A DNA stretch of 64,000 nucleotides from Candidatus Vogelbacteria bacterium RIFOXYD1_FULL_46_19 (GCA_001824825.1 MHTK01000006.1:127842-191841), one strand, 5' to 3'; positions 1 through 9,478 are shown, counted from the stretch's first letter. Notes: generated by a model not told the origin, from the sequence alone. Program-made: numbers and translations.

Positions 1-1057
1 TTAGGTGACCTTCAATGTTTTTTAGAGTCTGGTCTGAAAAATTTAAAACGTATACTTTGGTCCGATAGATTCCAGGTTGATTTAAAGGACCGATACTAGC
101 AGTATAAAAAGTTTGTTGCTGATTTAAACGAAGTAAAAAGGAAAAACTTTTATTAGGGTCGGTCGGGTCAAACATAGTTACCCCAATAGTTTTTAAAACC
201 TCTGGTACTTTCGCGTAAGATAAAGAAATGGTAGTAGCTTTTTCAGCCTTAATATAAACAGTTCGACCTTGATCAAAATATTGTACCGGCTCTCCCACTT
301 GAGTCACTAAAAAATCTCCCAGTGAAAGCGCTATAATCCGCGGATCAGAACTTGCTACTTGAGGAAAATCCGCAAAGGGATCAGCCGGACCAGACCCGTC
401 ACCTCCATCTTCATCGCTATCGCCGTCATCCCCATCTTCCTCACCATCGTCATCATTACCAGTTGCCCCCGGCACCACCGTAAAAGCTAAAGCTCCAGAG
501 GAATACCGATCTCCCTCATACTCGGCAAAAATCATATAAAAATAAGTGGAGTCAAATTCAATATTGGCATCAACTGAATCTTCAGCCGCCCCAATGTAAA
601 CCACTAGCCCGTCATCAGGATTAGCTGGCAAACGACCAATTTGCCTGATGATTTTAACTCCCACCAAACCAGGGTAATCGGGATTTTCCCACGACAATCT
701 TATTTGTTCATCATCTTGACTATAGCTAGCTGTAAAGTCGCTAACATTAGGTAAAAGAAAACAAGAACCATCATCTTGATCAGCAGCCGGATCATAATTA
801 TCAGCCACCGGATCAGTACAACCTGGCACCCAGTAAATACACAAAGTTTGATCGTTTAAGTCAGCATCCGGATCATAATTTTTAGCATCGGGGTCCTTAC
901 AGCCACGCGACGGCCCAGAACCACTTTCGGTAACTGAGATATTAACATTCACCCCGTCAGTAGTTTGAGCAATGACAATGGTGGCTGGATTAAAAAATAA
1001 TAAAACTATTAACCCTAGCTTTGTCGACTTACCCAGATGTAAAAAAAAATTTTGCAT
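1..1057 (-). CDS. Secreted acidic surface protein with FN3-like beta-sandwich segment; C-terminus runs off window edge (partial)
   Basis: Manual translation of minus strand from ATG near 1057. N-terminal hydrophobic signal-like segment (LGLIVLLFFNPATIV). D/E/G-rich acidic stretch. No stop before position 1. Not in ORF track because it is unterminated. Confidence 0.45.
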   Translation of the reverse strand, partial: MQNFFLHLGKSTKLGLIVLLFFNPATIVIAQTTDGVNVNISVTESGSGPSRGCKDPDAKNYDPDADLNDQTLCIYWVPGCTDPVADNYDPAADQDDGSCFLLPNVSDFTASYSQDDEQIRLSWENPDYPGLVGVKIIRQIGRLPANPDDGLVVYIGAAEDSVDANIEFDSTYFYMIFAEYEGDRYSSGALAFTVVPGATGNDDDGEEDGDDGDSDEDGGDGSGPADPFADFPQVASSDPRIIALSLGDFLVTQVGEPVQYFDQGRTVYIKAEKATTISLSYAKVPEVLKTIGVTMFDPTDPNKSFSFLLRLNQQQTFYTASIGPLNQPGIYRTKVYVLNFSDQTLKNIEGHL

Positions 1058-1072
1058 GATCAAAGCACTGGT

Positions 1073-1825
1073 CTACAAGGTAATGGCTGTAACAGTTAGA
1101 GTCGCTTCGTAACTCCCGGCCCCCAAGACAGCGTCCGGGCCAACTTCCGCCTGCAATTTAAGGGTAGTGGCCGCGCCAGCCGGGTTATTAGCCGTCGTCC
1201 CCTCAGCTATAGTTTGATTGCTGGTAGAAAATCCAGTCCAGCAATAGTTGAAATTAGCGGAGCCTGACCCACAACTGCTACCATTATTTTTAAACCGATC
1301 AGTCACATCGTCACCGGTGACCGCAAACCCAAAAGCCGCCGTGTCTTCAGCTACCGCCCAGTCATAACTAGGGTCGACGCCGGGGGCATAATCCGAAAAA
1401 CTTCCACTGGTACTATTTTTCAAGGTAGGATTGGTGCTAGCTTTCACGGATAAACGATAGCCGGCGGAGTTATTAGTCGCCACGGTCCAACTCGCCTCCC
1501 CACTACTTGAGCCGCCCCCTTCAGAGATACTACTTAAGCCAACATCATCAGGTGAGCTCACCGTTAAAAAAACTTCCACATCACTTTCCATAGCCCGGTA
1601 ACCGGCTCGCAAATCATAGCTGTCACTGCTTAAATCCCCCGTTCCCACCTCACCCACAGTACTACCTAAACCGTAGGAGTCAGAGGTAAGTTCTCCACCG
1701 CCGATATTTAGACTGTCTTTTTCTAAAGCATAATTATCACTACTAGCTACGTAAGCCTCGGCTAAATTACCTGCCACCAAAAAACCAACGATTAATCCTA
1801 CAATTAAAAATAAGTTATATCTCAT
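1073..1825 (-). CDS. Secreted Gly/Ser/Thr-rich cell-surface protein, WxL-domain-like
   Basis: Signal peptide (MRYNLFLIVGLIVGFLVAGNLAEA). Low-complexity S/G/T composition. Several W-x-(V/L) motifs and a C-terminal ...SYEATLTVTAITL resembling the WxL C-terminal pattern. 2 bp from the next gene. Confidence 0.4.
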   Translation of the reverse strand: MRYNLFLIVGLIVGFLVAGNLAEAYVASSDNYALEKDSLNIGGGELTSDSYGLGSTVGEVGTGDLSSDSYDLRAGYRAMESDVEVFLTVSSPDDVGLSSISEGGGSSSGEASWTVATNNSAGYRLSVKASTNPTLKNSTSGSFSDYAPGVDPSYDWAVAEDTAAFGFAVTGDDVTDRFKNNGSSCGSGSANFNYCWTGFSTSNQTIAEGTTANNPAGAATTLKLQAEVGPDAVLGAGSYEATLTVTAITL

Positions 1826-1826
1826 C

Positions 1827-2747
1827 TTAAATTAATTTTAACATATGTTTTTTAAGTAGATAGACTGTCAGGAGCAACCCGAGCAATAGTCCTAAAACCA
1901 AAAGCCAGGGCGAGATAATCACGAGCCAAGTAGTGTCAGTATCAATGATATCGTCGTAGCCACGATTTTGTTCAACTTGCACCTGGTATAATCCGCTTCC
2001 CAACTGGCGAGTCAACTCTATCGATTTAGTTCGCTCAGAATGGGGTAAAACAAACCACGGCTCCACCGATAAAAACATCTTTTTTTGACTAATCATATTT
2101 TTTACCGTCAAAAGTCCGTAAGGGTTTAAATAAGTGTTGCCCGTATTGTGATAGGAAATATTCACGGTCGGTCGACGATCAGGATTTAAGTGCCAACGGC
2201 CGCCCGCGACCGCCAGATTAGTCAACCGACCTTCCACTTGAGCCCGCCCTTCCACTTGGATGAAAAATAAAATCCCAGCTTGTGAGGCTAGCTTAGCCGC
2301 CGCTTGGCCCCGATCCAGCCTCTCACCAGAGACCAACACCACTCCGTGTAAACTGCCGGCCACCGAAGCGGCTGTCGGTAAAGAGACGGCCACGGAGACT
2401 GTTTTAGTCTCTCCCTGGTCAAGGGTAAACTCATAGTCTGATAAATTAAAATAACGACGCAGAGAATAGAAACCGGCCTCCCCATCTAGTATGTCGACTC
2501 CGCCAGTGTCGGCATCGGCAGTATAATCGGCCGTGGATAAGGTAAATCGAGCCGGTCCACCTAATTGATTTAAAATATGGATCTCCCGAGCCGCCCTAGC
2601 CCCCGGCTTGATCATCATCTCAACCTTGGTCGGACTCACCCCAAAGAAGGGGGCTACACTCTCTGCTTGGAGCGATTCAGCGGCCATCAGAAAAGCGGCC
2701 ACCAGAGTCAAAACCAGAAGAGATTTAAACCTAGTTACCTGAAGCAT
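1827..2747 (-). CDS. Cell-surface protein with N-terminal signal peptide and C-terminal transmembrane anchor (DUF916-like architecture)
   Basis: ORF track 1827..2837. The likely true start is the internal Met (MLQVTRFKSLLVLTLVAAFLMAA signal peptide). C-terminal hydrophobic anchor WLVIISPWLLVLGLLLGLLLTVYLLKK. Confidence 0.45.
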   Translation of the reverse strand: MLQVTRFKSLLVLTLVAAFLMAAESLQAESVAPFFGVSPTKVEMMIKPGARAAREIHILNQLGGPARFTLSTADYTADADTGGVDILDGEAGFYSLRRYFNLSDYEFTLDQGETKTVSVAVSLPTAASVAGSLHGVVLVSGERLDRGQAAAKLASQAGILFFIQVEGRAQVEGRLTNLAVAGGRWHLNPDRRPTVNISYHNTGNTYLNPYGLLTVKNMISQKKMFLSVEPWFVLPHSERTKSIELTRQLGSGLYQVQVEQNRGYDDIIDTDTTWLVIISPWLLVLGLLLGLLLTVYLLKKHMLKLI

Positions 2748-4122
2748 CACGAATGGGGGTAAGTAAAAATAGGTAATCTTGATCGGTGGCGTTTTTAAAC
2801 TGAGGCGTAATAATTCCAGCCCGACCGTCAGCCTCAAAACTCACCTCGACCGGGTCAGAAAACATTGCTTCTAGTTTTACCCTGATATCTTCTAGGTCCT
2901 CACCAGCCAGACCAGCGGGCACTACTACTAACCCTTCTTGGCCGGAACTAGCTGGCTTTAACACTTGAGGTGATGACCCCTGACGTAACTCAGCTATAGT
3001 ACCAGCAAACTGCATTTCTAAATCATCCAACAGTTGCTGACGCATCTCTTCTTTAGTGATAGGTGACAACCGAGGTAAATTAGTAGGAACAGTCGAAGTT
3101 GACTTGTTCTCTAAATCGTCTGATCCAAAGCCTAAAAATCGAGTCCAGTTACTAATAGCTTGCCCAACCCTATCTTTACCAGCCCCAGCAAAGCTAGCTA
3201 GTACTTCGTAAACACGAGTTGGTATGTCAAACCATAAATCTTTTAAATCAGCGAGGGCCACCTGCCCCCACAAGCTAGTTTGGTCCACACTATACCCCGC
3301 CGAGGCCAAAAGGGCTTTATCAATCTCATTAATCATATATAAACTACTAGCGAAACTAGCCTCCAGGCTCTGGGTGAAGCCTCGGTCAGCCAGGATCCAT
3401 TCCTTACCGTTACCCGAAAAAGAGTTCAGGCTAGAAGCTACCAGAGCTGTCTTTCCTTGAACTGACAACTTTAGATCGGCCACTGAACTTTCTACCTGTC
3501 TTAATTTACCATCAACAAAAGCGGTCAAAGAACTGAAATAATTATTTATGGATTCGAGACCAAGATCGCGGTAATTAGAAAAATTATCAAGGCTGTCAAT
3601 CCCGCTCGAAAGACTAAGAGCGGCCGCTTGATCAATTTCTTCCATTTTAACTATTAAACTTTGTATGCGGTGGTTTAGAGCCATCCGACCAAAAACTACC
3701 CCTTGCTGCCAATGGTCAAATGACCAAACCACCGGATAAGTTAGAGTGGCCGTCAGATTGGGTAAATTAATAGTGGGAACGCGGCCTATCAGTAAATCAA
3801 TTTTGCTCCCCACCTCAACCCGACCACGGGCTAATTGCTCGAACACCACTTGTTCCCAACTAAGGCCAAGGTAGCGAAGGCGGGCAAGTTTATTTACTAT
3901 ATCTTCACTGGCTGTCAATAGAACCAAAGCCAGAACAAACCCCGCCAAAGGCACTATTAAGCTAAGCTCTGACCGCTTAGAGAGAGTGGTATTTCCGACA
4001 AAACCACTCTTGATCGGGGTAGACAAAGGCACCTGAATTTCATCAAGTCCTTGAATATTAACCGTTGAAGGGGGGCTTTGATTGTTAGAATCAGTCTTTG
4101 GGTCGGTTGAGCAAAACTCCAT
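2731..4122 (-). CDS. Single-pass membrane protein with large extracytoplasmic domain, unknown function
   Basis: 463-aa ORF. One TM segment (LSLIVPLAGFVLALVLLTA) after an approximately 50-aa N-terminus. Co-directional and tightly spaced with three other surface-protein genes. Confidence 0.45.
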   Translation of the reverse strand: MEFCSTDPKTDSNNQSPPSTVNIQGLDEIQVPLSTPIKSGFVGNTTLSKRSELSLIVPLAGFVLALVLLTASEDIVNKLARLRYLGLSWEQVVFEQLARGRVEVGSKIDLLIGRVPTINLPNLTATLTYPVVWSFDHWQQGVVFGRMALNHRIQSLIVKMEEIDQAAALSLSSGIDSLDNFSNYRDLGLESINNYFSSLTAFVDGKLRQVESSVADLKLSVQGKTALVASSLNSFSGNGKEWILADRGFTQSLEASFASSLYMINEIDKALLASAGYSVDQTSLWGQVALADLKDLWFDIPTRVYEVLASFAGAGKDRVGQAISNWTRFLGFGSDDLENKSTSTVPTNLPRLSPITKEEMRQQLLDDLEMQFAGTIAELRQGSSPQVLKPASSGQEGLVVVPAGLAGEDLEDIRVKLEAMFSDPVEVSFEADGRAGIITPQFKNATDQDYLFLLTPIRDASGN

Positions 4123-4257
4123 AGTGTTTAACTTATATAAAGTCTTTAATATTATACTTTATAGTGGAGTGGAACGGAACACTTTTGGCTTGAAAAATAA
4201 AGAGGAAGTAGTGGATAAGTTACTTTTTTTCGGTATACTGAAAATTATCATCTTATT

Positions 4258-6183
4258 ATGCAAATTGTTACCGTTACCCCTATCGATAAAGGCCTCCCCA
4301 GTGAGGAATTAACCTACTTTAGTAAGGCCTCAGTTCAACCTGGAGCTTTGGTTTTGGTGCCTATCCGCAAAAAGGAAACTTTGGCCCTAGTCACCGCTGT
4401 TGAAACCGCGAGTGAGGCGAAGGCCAAGCTAAAAACATCAGATTTTTCTTTAAAAAAGATCAGTCGGCTGGTGCATCCGGCCTTATTTACGCCCGCTTTT
4501 ACAGCCGGAGCTAAGGCGGCGGCTGATTTTTACACTATCCCCTTAGGCCAAGCCATCAAATTTGCCACCCCCAAAGTCATTTTAGACGCCCTGCTTGATA
4601 CCACTTGGCCGGCGCCAGCAACTCCTTCCCCTAATCAGCTAAAGTCAGCCGCCCCTAATCTTAAACTGATAGAGAAACAGGCCCTGCAAGATAATTTGGA
4701 TGAGCGCATCAGTTTTTACCGCAGTTTAACGCGAGAATCTTTTGCCCAAAAAGAGTCTCTTTTAGTCTTAGTCCCAACCGCCCTGGAGGCCGAAAAGTTT
4801 TACCCGGAGCTGGCCCGTGGTATTGAACAATACACCTTGGTTCTACACAACAAATTACCGTCGGCCGAGATAATTAAAATCTGGCACCAAGCTCTGGTCG
4901 ACGATCACCCGATCTTGATCATTGCCACCCCCTTGTTTCTCTCACTTCCAAAAAGGAATATCAAAACCATTATTATCGAGAAAGAAGCCAGTGACTGGTA
5001 CCGACCTATGGCTCGACCTTATATCGACCCGCGCACTTTGGCTGAGTTTTACGCGACAGCCGGAAGCGCTAAACTTATTTTCGGTGATACCGCTCTTAGA
5101 GTCGATACGATTTACCGAGTCGAAGACCGGCAAATCAACCCGGCCGCCCCGATTAAGTACCGACCCTACGCCGAGGTCCCGACGGAAGTGCTCGATCTTA
5201 AAAAAGCCACTCCTGATTTAGATCCGGAGCGAGAATTTAAACTATTAGATAAATCAGCGCTAGATTTATTGTCTTTCGCCTTACATCGCCGGCAATCAGT
5301 TTTTATGCTGGTCGGTCGGAGGGGCCTGGCTCCCCTAACTGTTTGCAATGACTGCAACTTTATTGCTCGTTGCCCAACCTGTAACACCCCACTGGTCTTA
5401 CACGAAGATAGTAAAAGGCAAAGAAGTTTTATTTGCCACTCCTGCCAAGCCAGACTTGAAAATATGGATCGCTGCGTCAACTGCTCGGGCTGGCGTTTGG
5501 CCCCACTCGGGATCGGCACCGAAACAGTGGCGCAAGCCATTGAAGGGGTAGCGGGAAACGCCTCAGTCTCTATTATCGACAGTGATCATACCCCCACCCC
5601 AGCCAAAGCGATCAAAAGTATAGCGGCTTTTTATCAAACCCCGGGCAGTATCCTTATCGGCACTGAGATGGCCTTAAATTATTTGACCGAGAAAATACCC
5701 CACACCATTGTAGTCTCTCTCGATAGCTTTTTTTCCTTACCCGGCTTTAGAATGCGTGAAAAAGTTTTACGCTTACTCCTCTCGACTAAAGAGTTAACCG
5801 GTAACCAAATGATCATCCAGACTCGCTTAGCTGATGACAATTTGTTTGCCGAAGTAGCCAAAGCCAACATCTTAGGTTTTTATCGAGAAGAAATAAAAAA
5901 TCGGGAGCTGGCTGCTTACCCACCTTTTTCTATTTTGTTAAAAATAACCCGGACTGGATCCCAGCTCCAAGTAGAAAAAGATATGAACCGCTTGGCTCGA
6001 CTCTTGGAAAGCTACCAACCCATTGTCTTTCCCGCTTTTAATGCCACTACTCGAGGTAAGTACACTGCTCACTGTTTAATCAAGCTCCCTCGCCTTAAGT
6101 GGCCTGACCGCAACCTCCAAGAGGTCTTACGCGCCTTGCCCACCGCTTTTATTGTTGAAATTGATCCGGCAGACATTATTTAA
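4258..6183 (+). CDS. priA: Primosomal protein N-prime (PriA) homolog with degenerate helicase ATPase motifs
   Basis: Collinear with PriA. KESLLVLVPTALEAEKF aligns to the region after the Walker A, but no G-x4-GK[ST] motif is present anywhere. The DEEH box is replaced by IIEKEASDW. The PriA Cys-rich zinc motifs are intact (CNDCNFIARCPTCNTPLVLH...CHSCQARLENMDRCVNCSG). Confidence 0.7.
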   Translation: MQIVTVTPIDKGLPSEELTYFSKASVQPGALVLVPIRKKETLALVTAVETASEAKAKLKTSDFSLKKISRLVHPALFTPAFTAGAKAAADFYTIPLGQAIKFATPKVILDALLDTTWPAPATPSPNQLKSAAPNLKLIEKQALQDNLDERISFYRSLTRESFAQKESLLVLVPTALEAEKFYPELARGIEQYTLVLHNKLPSAEIIKIWHQALVDDHPILIIATPLFLSLPKRNIKTIIIEKEASDWYRPMARPYIDPRTLAEFYATAGSAKLIFGDTALRVDTIYRVEDRQINPAAPIKYRPYAEVPTEVLDLKKATPDLDPEREFKLLDKSALDLLSFALHRRQSVFMLVGRRGLAPLTVCNDCNFIARCPTCNTPLVLHEDSKRQRSFICHSCQARLENMDRCVNCSGWRLAPLGIGTETVAQAIEGVAGNASVSIIDSDHTPTPAKAIKSIAAFYQTPGSILIGTEMALNYLTEKIPHTIVVSLDSFFSLPGFRMREKVLRLLLSTKELTGNQMIIQTRLADDNLFAEVAKANILGFYREEIKNRELAAYPPFSILLKITRTGSQLQVEKDMNRLARLLESYQPIVFPAFNATTRGKYTAHCLIKLPRLKWPDRNLQEVLRALPTAFIVEIDPADII

Positions 6184-6186
6184 TTT

Positions 6187-6705
6187 TTGTGTTATAGTAT
6201 TGTTATGACAGCGATTGTAAAAATTAATCATCCAGCCCTGCGCCAAATAGCTAAAGTGGTGGACCCAAAAACCATCGGGACTGCCGAACTGAATGATATC
6301 CTAAAAAAAATGTCAGTGGCTTTACTGGCCTGCGACGATGGCGTGGCACTAGCGGCCCCCCAAATTGGCCTACCGCTACGGATTTTCATCGTCTCTCATC
6401 GCCTCTTCGATGATAATGATACTAAAGACATTGTTTTCATTAATCCGGAAATTACTCGTCTAGCTAAAACCAAAGTAATTTTAGACGAAGGTTGTCTCTC
6501 GGTGCCTGGCTCTTATGGCAAAACCAAGCGAGCCCCCAAAGCCACCGTCACCGCCTTAGACGAAACAGGCCGCCGCTTTACCTGGAGTGGCACCGGTCTG
6601 ATGGCTCAGATTTTTCAGCATGAGACCGACCACTTAAATGGCATATTATTTAGTGATCATGCCACCGACTTAAAAAACCATTTTCCCGATGAACCAAAAA
6701 TATAA
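6187..6705 (+). CDS. def: Peptide deformylase
   Basis: EGCLSVPG and QHETDHLNG (HExxH) motifs. Confidence 0.9.
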   Translation: MCYSIVMTAIVKINHPALRQIAKVVDPKTIGTAELNDILKKMSVALLACDDGVALAAPQIGLPLRIFIVSHRLFDDNDTKDIVFINPEITRLAKTKVILDEGCLSVPGSYGKTKRAPKATVTALDETGRRFTWSGTGLMAQIFQHETDHLNGILFSDHATDLKNHFPDEPKI

Positions 6706-7531
6706 TTTTGTTTTCATGGGCACCGATCAGTTTGCCTGTTTAGTCTTGGACTATTTGGACCAAGCGGGTGTCCGCCCCACTTTAATTATCACCGTCCCCG
6801 ACAGGCCGGCCGGCCGGAAGCTAATACTGACCCCTCCGCCAGTAAAAGTCTGGGCGACCGAGCACGAACTCCCCGTCCTTCAACCGGCCAATTTAAAAGA
6901 CCTGGATTTAAATACCCTAGACACTAAGTACGATTTGGCGGTGGTGGCTTCCTATGGCCAGCTGATTCCGACTAAGATTTTAGATTTTTTCCAGCGACGC
7001 GTTTTAAATATTCACCCCTCTCTCTTACCGCGTTATCGCGGAGCCACCCCCCTTGAATCAGCTATTTTAGCTGGCGATAGCGAAACCGGTGTGACTATTA
7101 TGGAAATAGACGAGAATATGGACCACGGCCCCATTCTAGACCAAACTAAAATTCCTCTAACTAATCAAGATTATTTTACCCTACGCCGCGAAGCCGCCGA
7201 AGCGGGCGCCCAACTCCTAGCTGAAGTCGTACCTCGGTATCTAGAGGGCAGGCTTAAGCCGGTGGCTCAAGATCATCCAGCGGCCACCTACACCAAAAAA
7301 ATTACTAAAGCTGAGGGCGAACTTAATTTAAGCGATGACCCACTTCTAAATTATCGTCAGATTCGCGCTTACGTCGACTGGCCCGGCACTTATTTTTTTG
7401 TCGATAAAAACGGCAAGCGCCAACGAGTCATTATCAAACAGGCCCATTTAGAAGCGGGTCAACTAATTATTGACCGAGTCCTACCAGAGGGTAAAAAAGA
7501 AATGAGTTGGGAGGAATTTAGTGACCGCTAG
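6689..7531 (+). CDS. fmt: Methionyl-tRNA formyltransferase
   Basis: N-terminal formyltransferase fold (VVASYGQLIP, NIHPSLLPRYRGATP). Located immediately after def, the conserved def-fmt pair. Confidence 0.9.
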   Translation: MNQKYNFVFMGTDQFACLVLDYLDQAGVRPTLIITVPDRPAGRKLILTPPPVKVWATEHELPVLQPANLKDLDLNTLDTKYDLAVVASYGQLIPTKILDFFQRRVLNIHPSLLPRYRGATPLESAILAGDSETGVTIMEIDENMDHGPILDQTKIPLTNQDYFTLRREAAEAGAQLLAEVVPRYLEGRLKPVAQDHPAATYTKKITKAEGELNLSDDPLLNYRQIRAYVDWPGTYFFVDKNGKRQRVIIKQAHLEAGQLIIDRVLPEGKKEMSWEEFSDR

Positions 7532-7831
7532 ACACAAAAAATTAAATTTTTTATAGCTTCATCTTCAACTCGACCATAATTAGCCTTCGGCGTCAATATG
7601 TGTCATAACATAATATACATTGATTTTTGTCAATTTTTTGTTTATACTACCTACTGAAGCAGTCGTCTTATTAGAATAGTTCTTGGGTTGAACAATCAGC
7701 TCAACATGGTCGATTACGAGGACTCTATAGCCTCGTAATGTTAAACTTTTTTCAATTCTTGCTTTGGCTTAGAAACCAAACTTATTCGACTAATACGTCT
7801 GTCACTTATTAACAACTAACAAAAAAATAAT

Positions 7832-8287
7832 ATGAAAAAAATATTTCAAAGTTCATTGGTACGTTTTAACTCATTTATCGGGCTTAGTTTAGGCCTAGCT
7901 ATCATTGGCGTACTAACCTTGGGTCTACCTCACCTATCACAAGCAGCCACCTACGCCTATGTCAACACCTCAGGCACTGTGTTAAATGTCACCGCCAACA
8001 CCTCGGCCGGGGCCATTGCCACAGCTCCAAACATTGGAATGCACAGTGGAGTTATGCTGATTGATAATACTAACTATAGTTATAACGCACCGACCGCACC
8101 CGCCACCGGCGGCGCATTGTCTGGCTACCTCTATGTCAACTCCTCGGGTCAAGTAGTTCACGTAAACAGCGATACTTCAGCTGAAGCTTTCGCCGACGCC
8201 AACAATATTGCTACTCATAGTGGAGTAATGATAATCGACAGCTTTGCCGATGGCCAAATGATTAATGATCAAGTAACCGTTCGATAA
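7832..8287 (+). CDS. Small secreted protein with internal tandem duplication
   Basis: Signal peptide. Two approximately 55-aa repeats (Y-x-YVNTSG-x-V-x-V...HSGVM(L/I)ID). Confidence 0.55.
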   Translation: MKKIFQSSLVRFNSFIGLSLGLAIIGVLTLGLPHLSQAATYAYVNTSGTVLNVTANTSAGAIATAPNIGMHSGVMLIDNTNYSYNAPTAPATGGALSGYLYVNSSGQVVHVNSDTSAEAFADANNIATHSGVMIIDSFADGQMINDQVTVR

Positions 8288-8310
8288 AAAATGAGATCAT
8301 CTAACCACTA

Positions 8311-8339
8311 AAAAACCAGAGCCTAGCTCTGGTTTTTTA
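8311..8339 (+). terminator. Rho-independent terminator
   Basis: aaaaaccagagc-cta-gctctggtttttt hairpin plus T-run after the 7832..8287 gene. Confidence 0.7.
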
Positions 8340-8421
8340 GTAACTATTTAACTGACCATCACTTATAGACAACTTCAAAATTATAAATAAAAAGGTCGCA
8401 ATGGAAAATAGCCACTGCGAC

Positions 8422-8877
8422 CTAGATGTACGGAGTTGAATGGTTAAGCACAGCTTGTTTAATGTTCGGTACTAGGCAAACCGTCTCCAAAATCTTATCT
8501 TCTAGTATTGGCTGATAGAGGGAGTAAATCGGTATCCCCCAACCCAAGGCGAAGCCTAGCTCCATAGCCACCGATATGCCGACATAACCACCTGGACACA
8601 CCAGCCACACAAAGTCCGAATGTTTGATACAAGACAGATGGCGATCCTCCACTTGCCTAACTGAAGTATAAGGAAACTGCATATCTCCCACTAACAGTAA
8701 AAACTCTCCCTCCAGCACACTGTGCGACTGTGGTTTTTGGGGTGAAAGGACCCGAGCCCCTTCATCCTGAAGCTCCTCAATCGCTCCTCTTGTTTCTTTT
8801 ATAAATCGATTGAAGCTTGCACACACAGTCACAGTTGGGGTCGTACATATCCGCTTTGGTCTAGGTAGACTATACAC
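8422..8877 (-). CDS. Nucleoside 2-deoxyribosyltransferase-like (Rossmann/flavodoxin-like) protein
   Basis: C-terminal GGYVGISVAMELGFALGWGIPIY matches the D-S-G-T-x-F-E-x-G-x-A-x-A-x-G-K-P motif of the Nuc_deoxyrib_tr/Rcl family. The N-terminal approximately 20 aa of the ORF is likely spurious. Confidence 0.4.
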   Translation of the reverse strand: MYSLPRPKRICTTPTVTVCASFNRFIKETRGAIEELQDEGARVLSPQKPQSHSVLEGEFLLLVGDMQFPYTSVRQVEDRHLSCIKHSDFVWLVCPGGYVGISVAMELGFALGWGIPIYSLYQPILEDKILETVCLVPNIKQAVLNHSTPYI

Positions 8878-8939
8878 CTCGTTTCTCCTTTCCCACTTGG
8901 TTTTATCTACCTTATTCCTACCATACCCACATCAATTTG

Positions 8940-9377
8940 TTAACCAACTAAAGACAAATCTCCGTCGATAAGAATCGGGTCCATACCTTCGATCTCATCT
9001 TTTAAAAAACTGTTTGGTACGGCATTGTATAGAAAAATTTTCTTACCCAGTTCATAGGCCTTAAACATTTCCAGAAAAGTCGAGCCTCCAATATAATTGG
9101 GTTCCCCATATTTATCAAAATTTAAGACCACGAGGGCGTCATTTTCTTTTACTTTTTCCTCTTGCAGACGAAACATTTCCGCTTTAAATTTTTTATGATC
9201 CTCTGCCGACTTTTTTTTATATTCTTCTTCAGCCAAAGGATTGTCAAAACTATTAGGCAGAGTGACTAAATGACCCATTTTTTCCAATTCAATCTTTACG
9301 GGCAAAACTTTATCATAAACATGTTTACTACACACTAAAAATATTTTCATACAAAAATCATACAAAATTTTCCCCAA
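8940..9377 (-). CDS. Nucleoside 2-deoxyribosyltransferase-like protein (paralog)
   Basis: MKIFLVCS... N-terminus. NYIGGSTFLEMFKAYELGKKIFLY closely matches the family motif DSGTAFEIGYAYALGKPV. Confidence 0.55.
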   Translation of the reverse strand: MGKILYDFCMKIFLVCSKHVYDKVLPVKIELEKMGHLVTLPNSFDNPLAEEEYKKKSAEDHKKFKAEMFRLQEEKVKENDALVVLNFDKYGEPNYIGGSTFLEMFKAYELGKKIFLYNAVPNSFLKDEIEGMDPILIDGDLSLVG

Positions 9378-9478
9378 AAGGTCTATTATCGTCAGGGGTA
9401 GTTTTCCCTTTACTCTCCCATCTTTCGCTTAACCAACAGAAAAAAACCTATGTTTTTCTAATGTGATAAAATAGCGAT

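Noticed and set aside
2288-5551. Short ORFs nested inside or antisense to larger genes (2288..2485, 2577..2762, 3224..3460, 4922..5221, 4942..5133, 5166..5540, 5348..5551, 5679..5870)
   Set aside because: All are embedded in well-supported longer ORFs. No independent signals.
8422-9377. The two Rossmann-like proteins as TIR-like or defence effectors
   Set aside because: The C-terminal motif fits the nucleoside 2-deoxyribosyltransferase/Rcl family better. No partner sensor or effector genes nearby.
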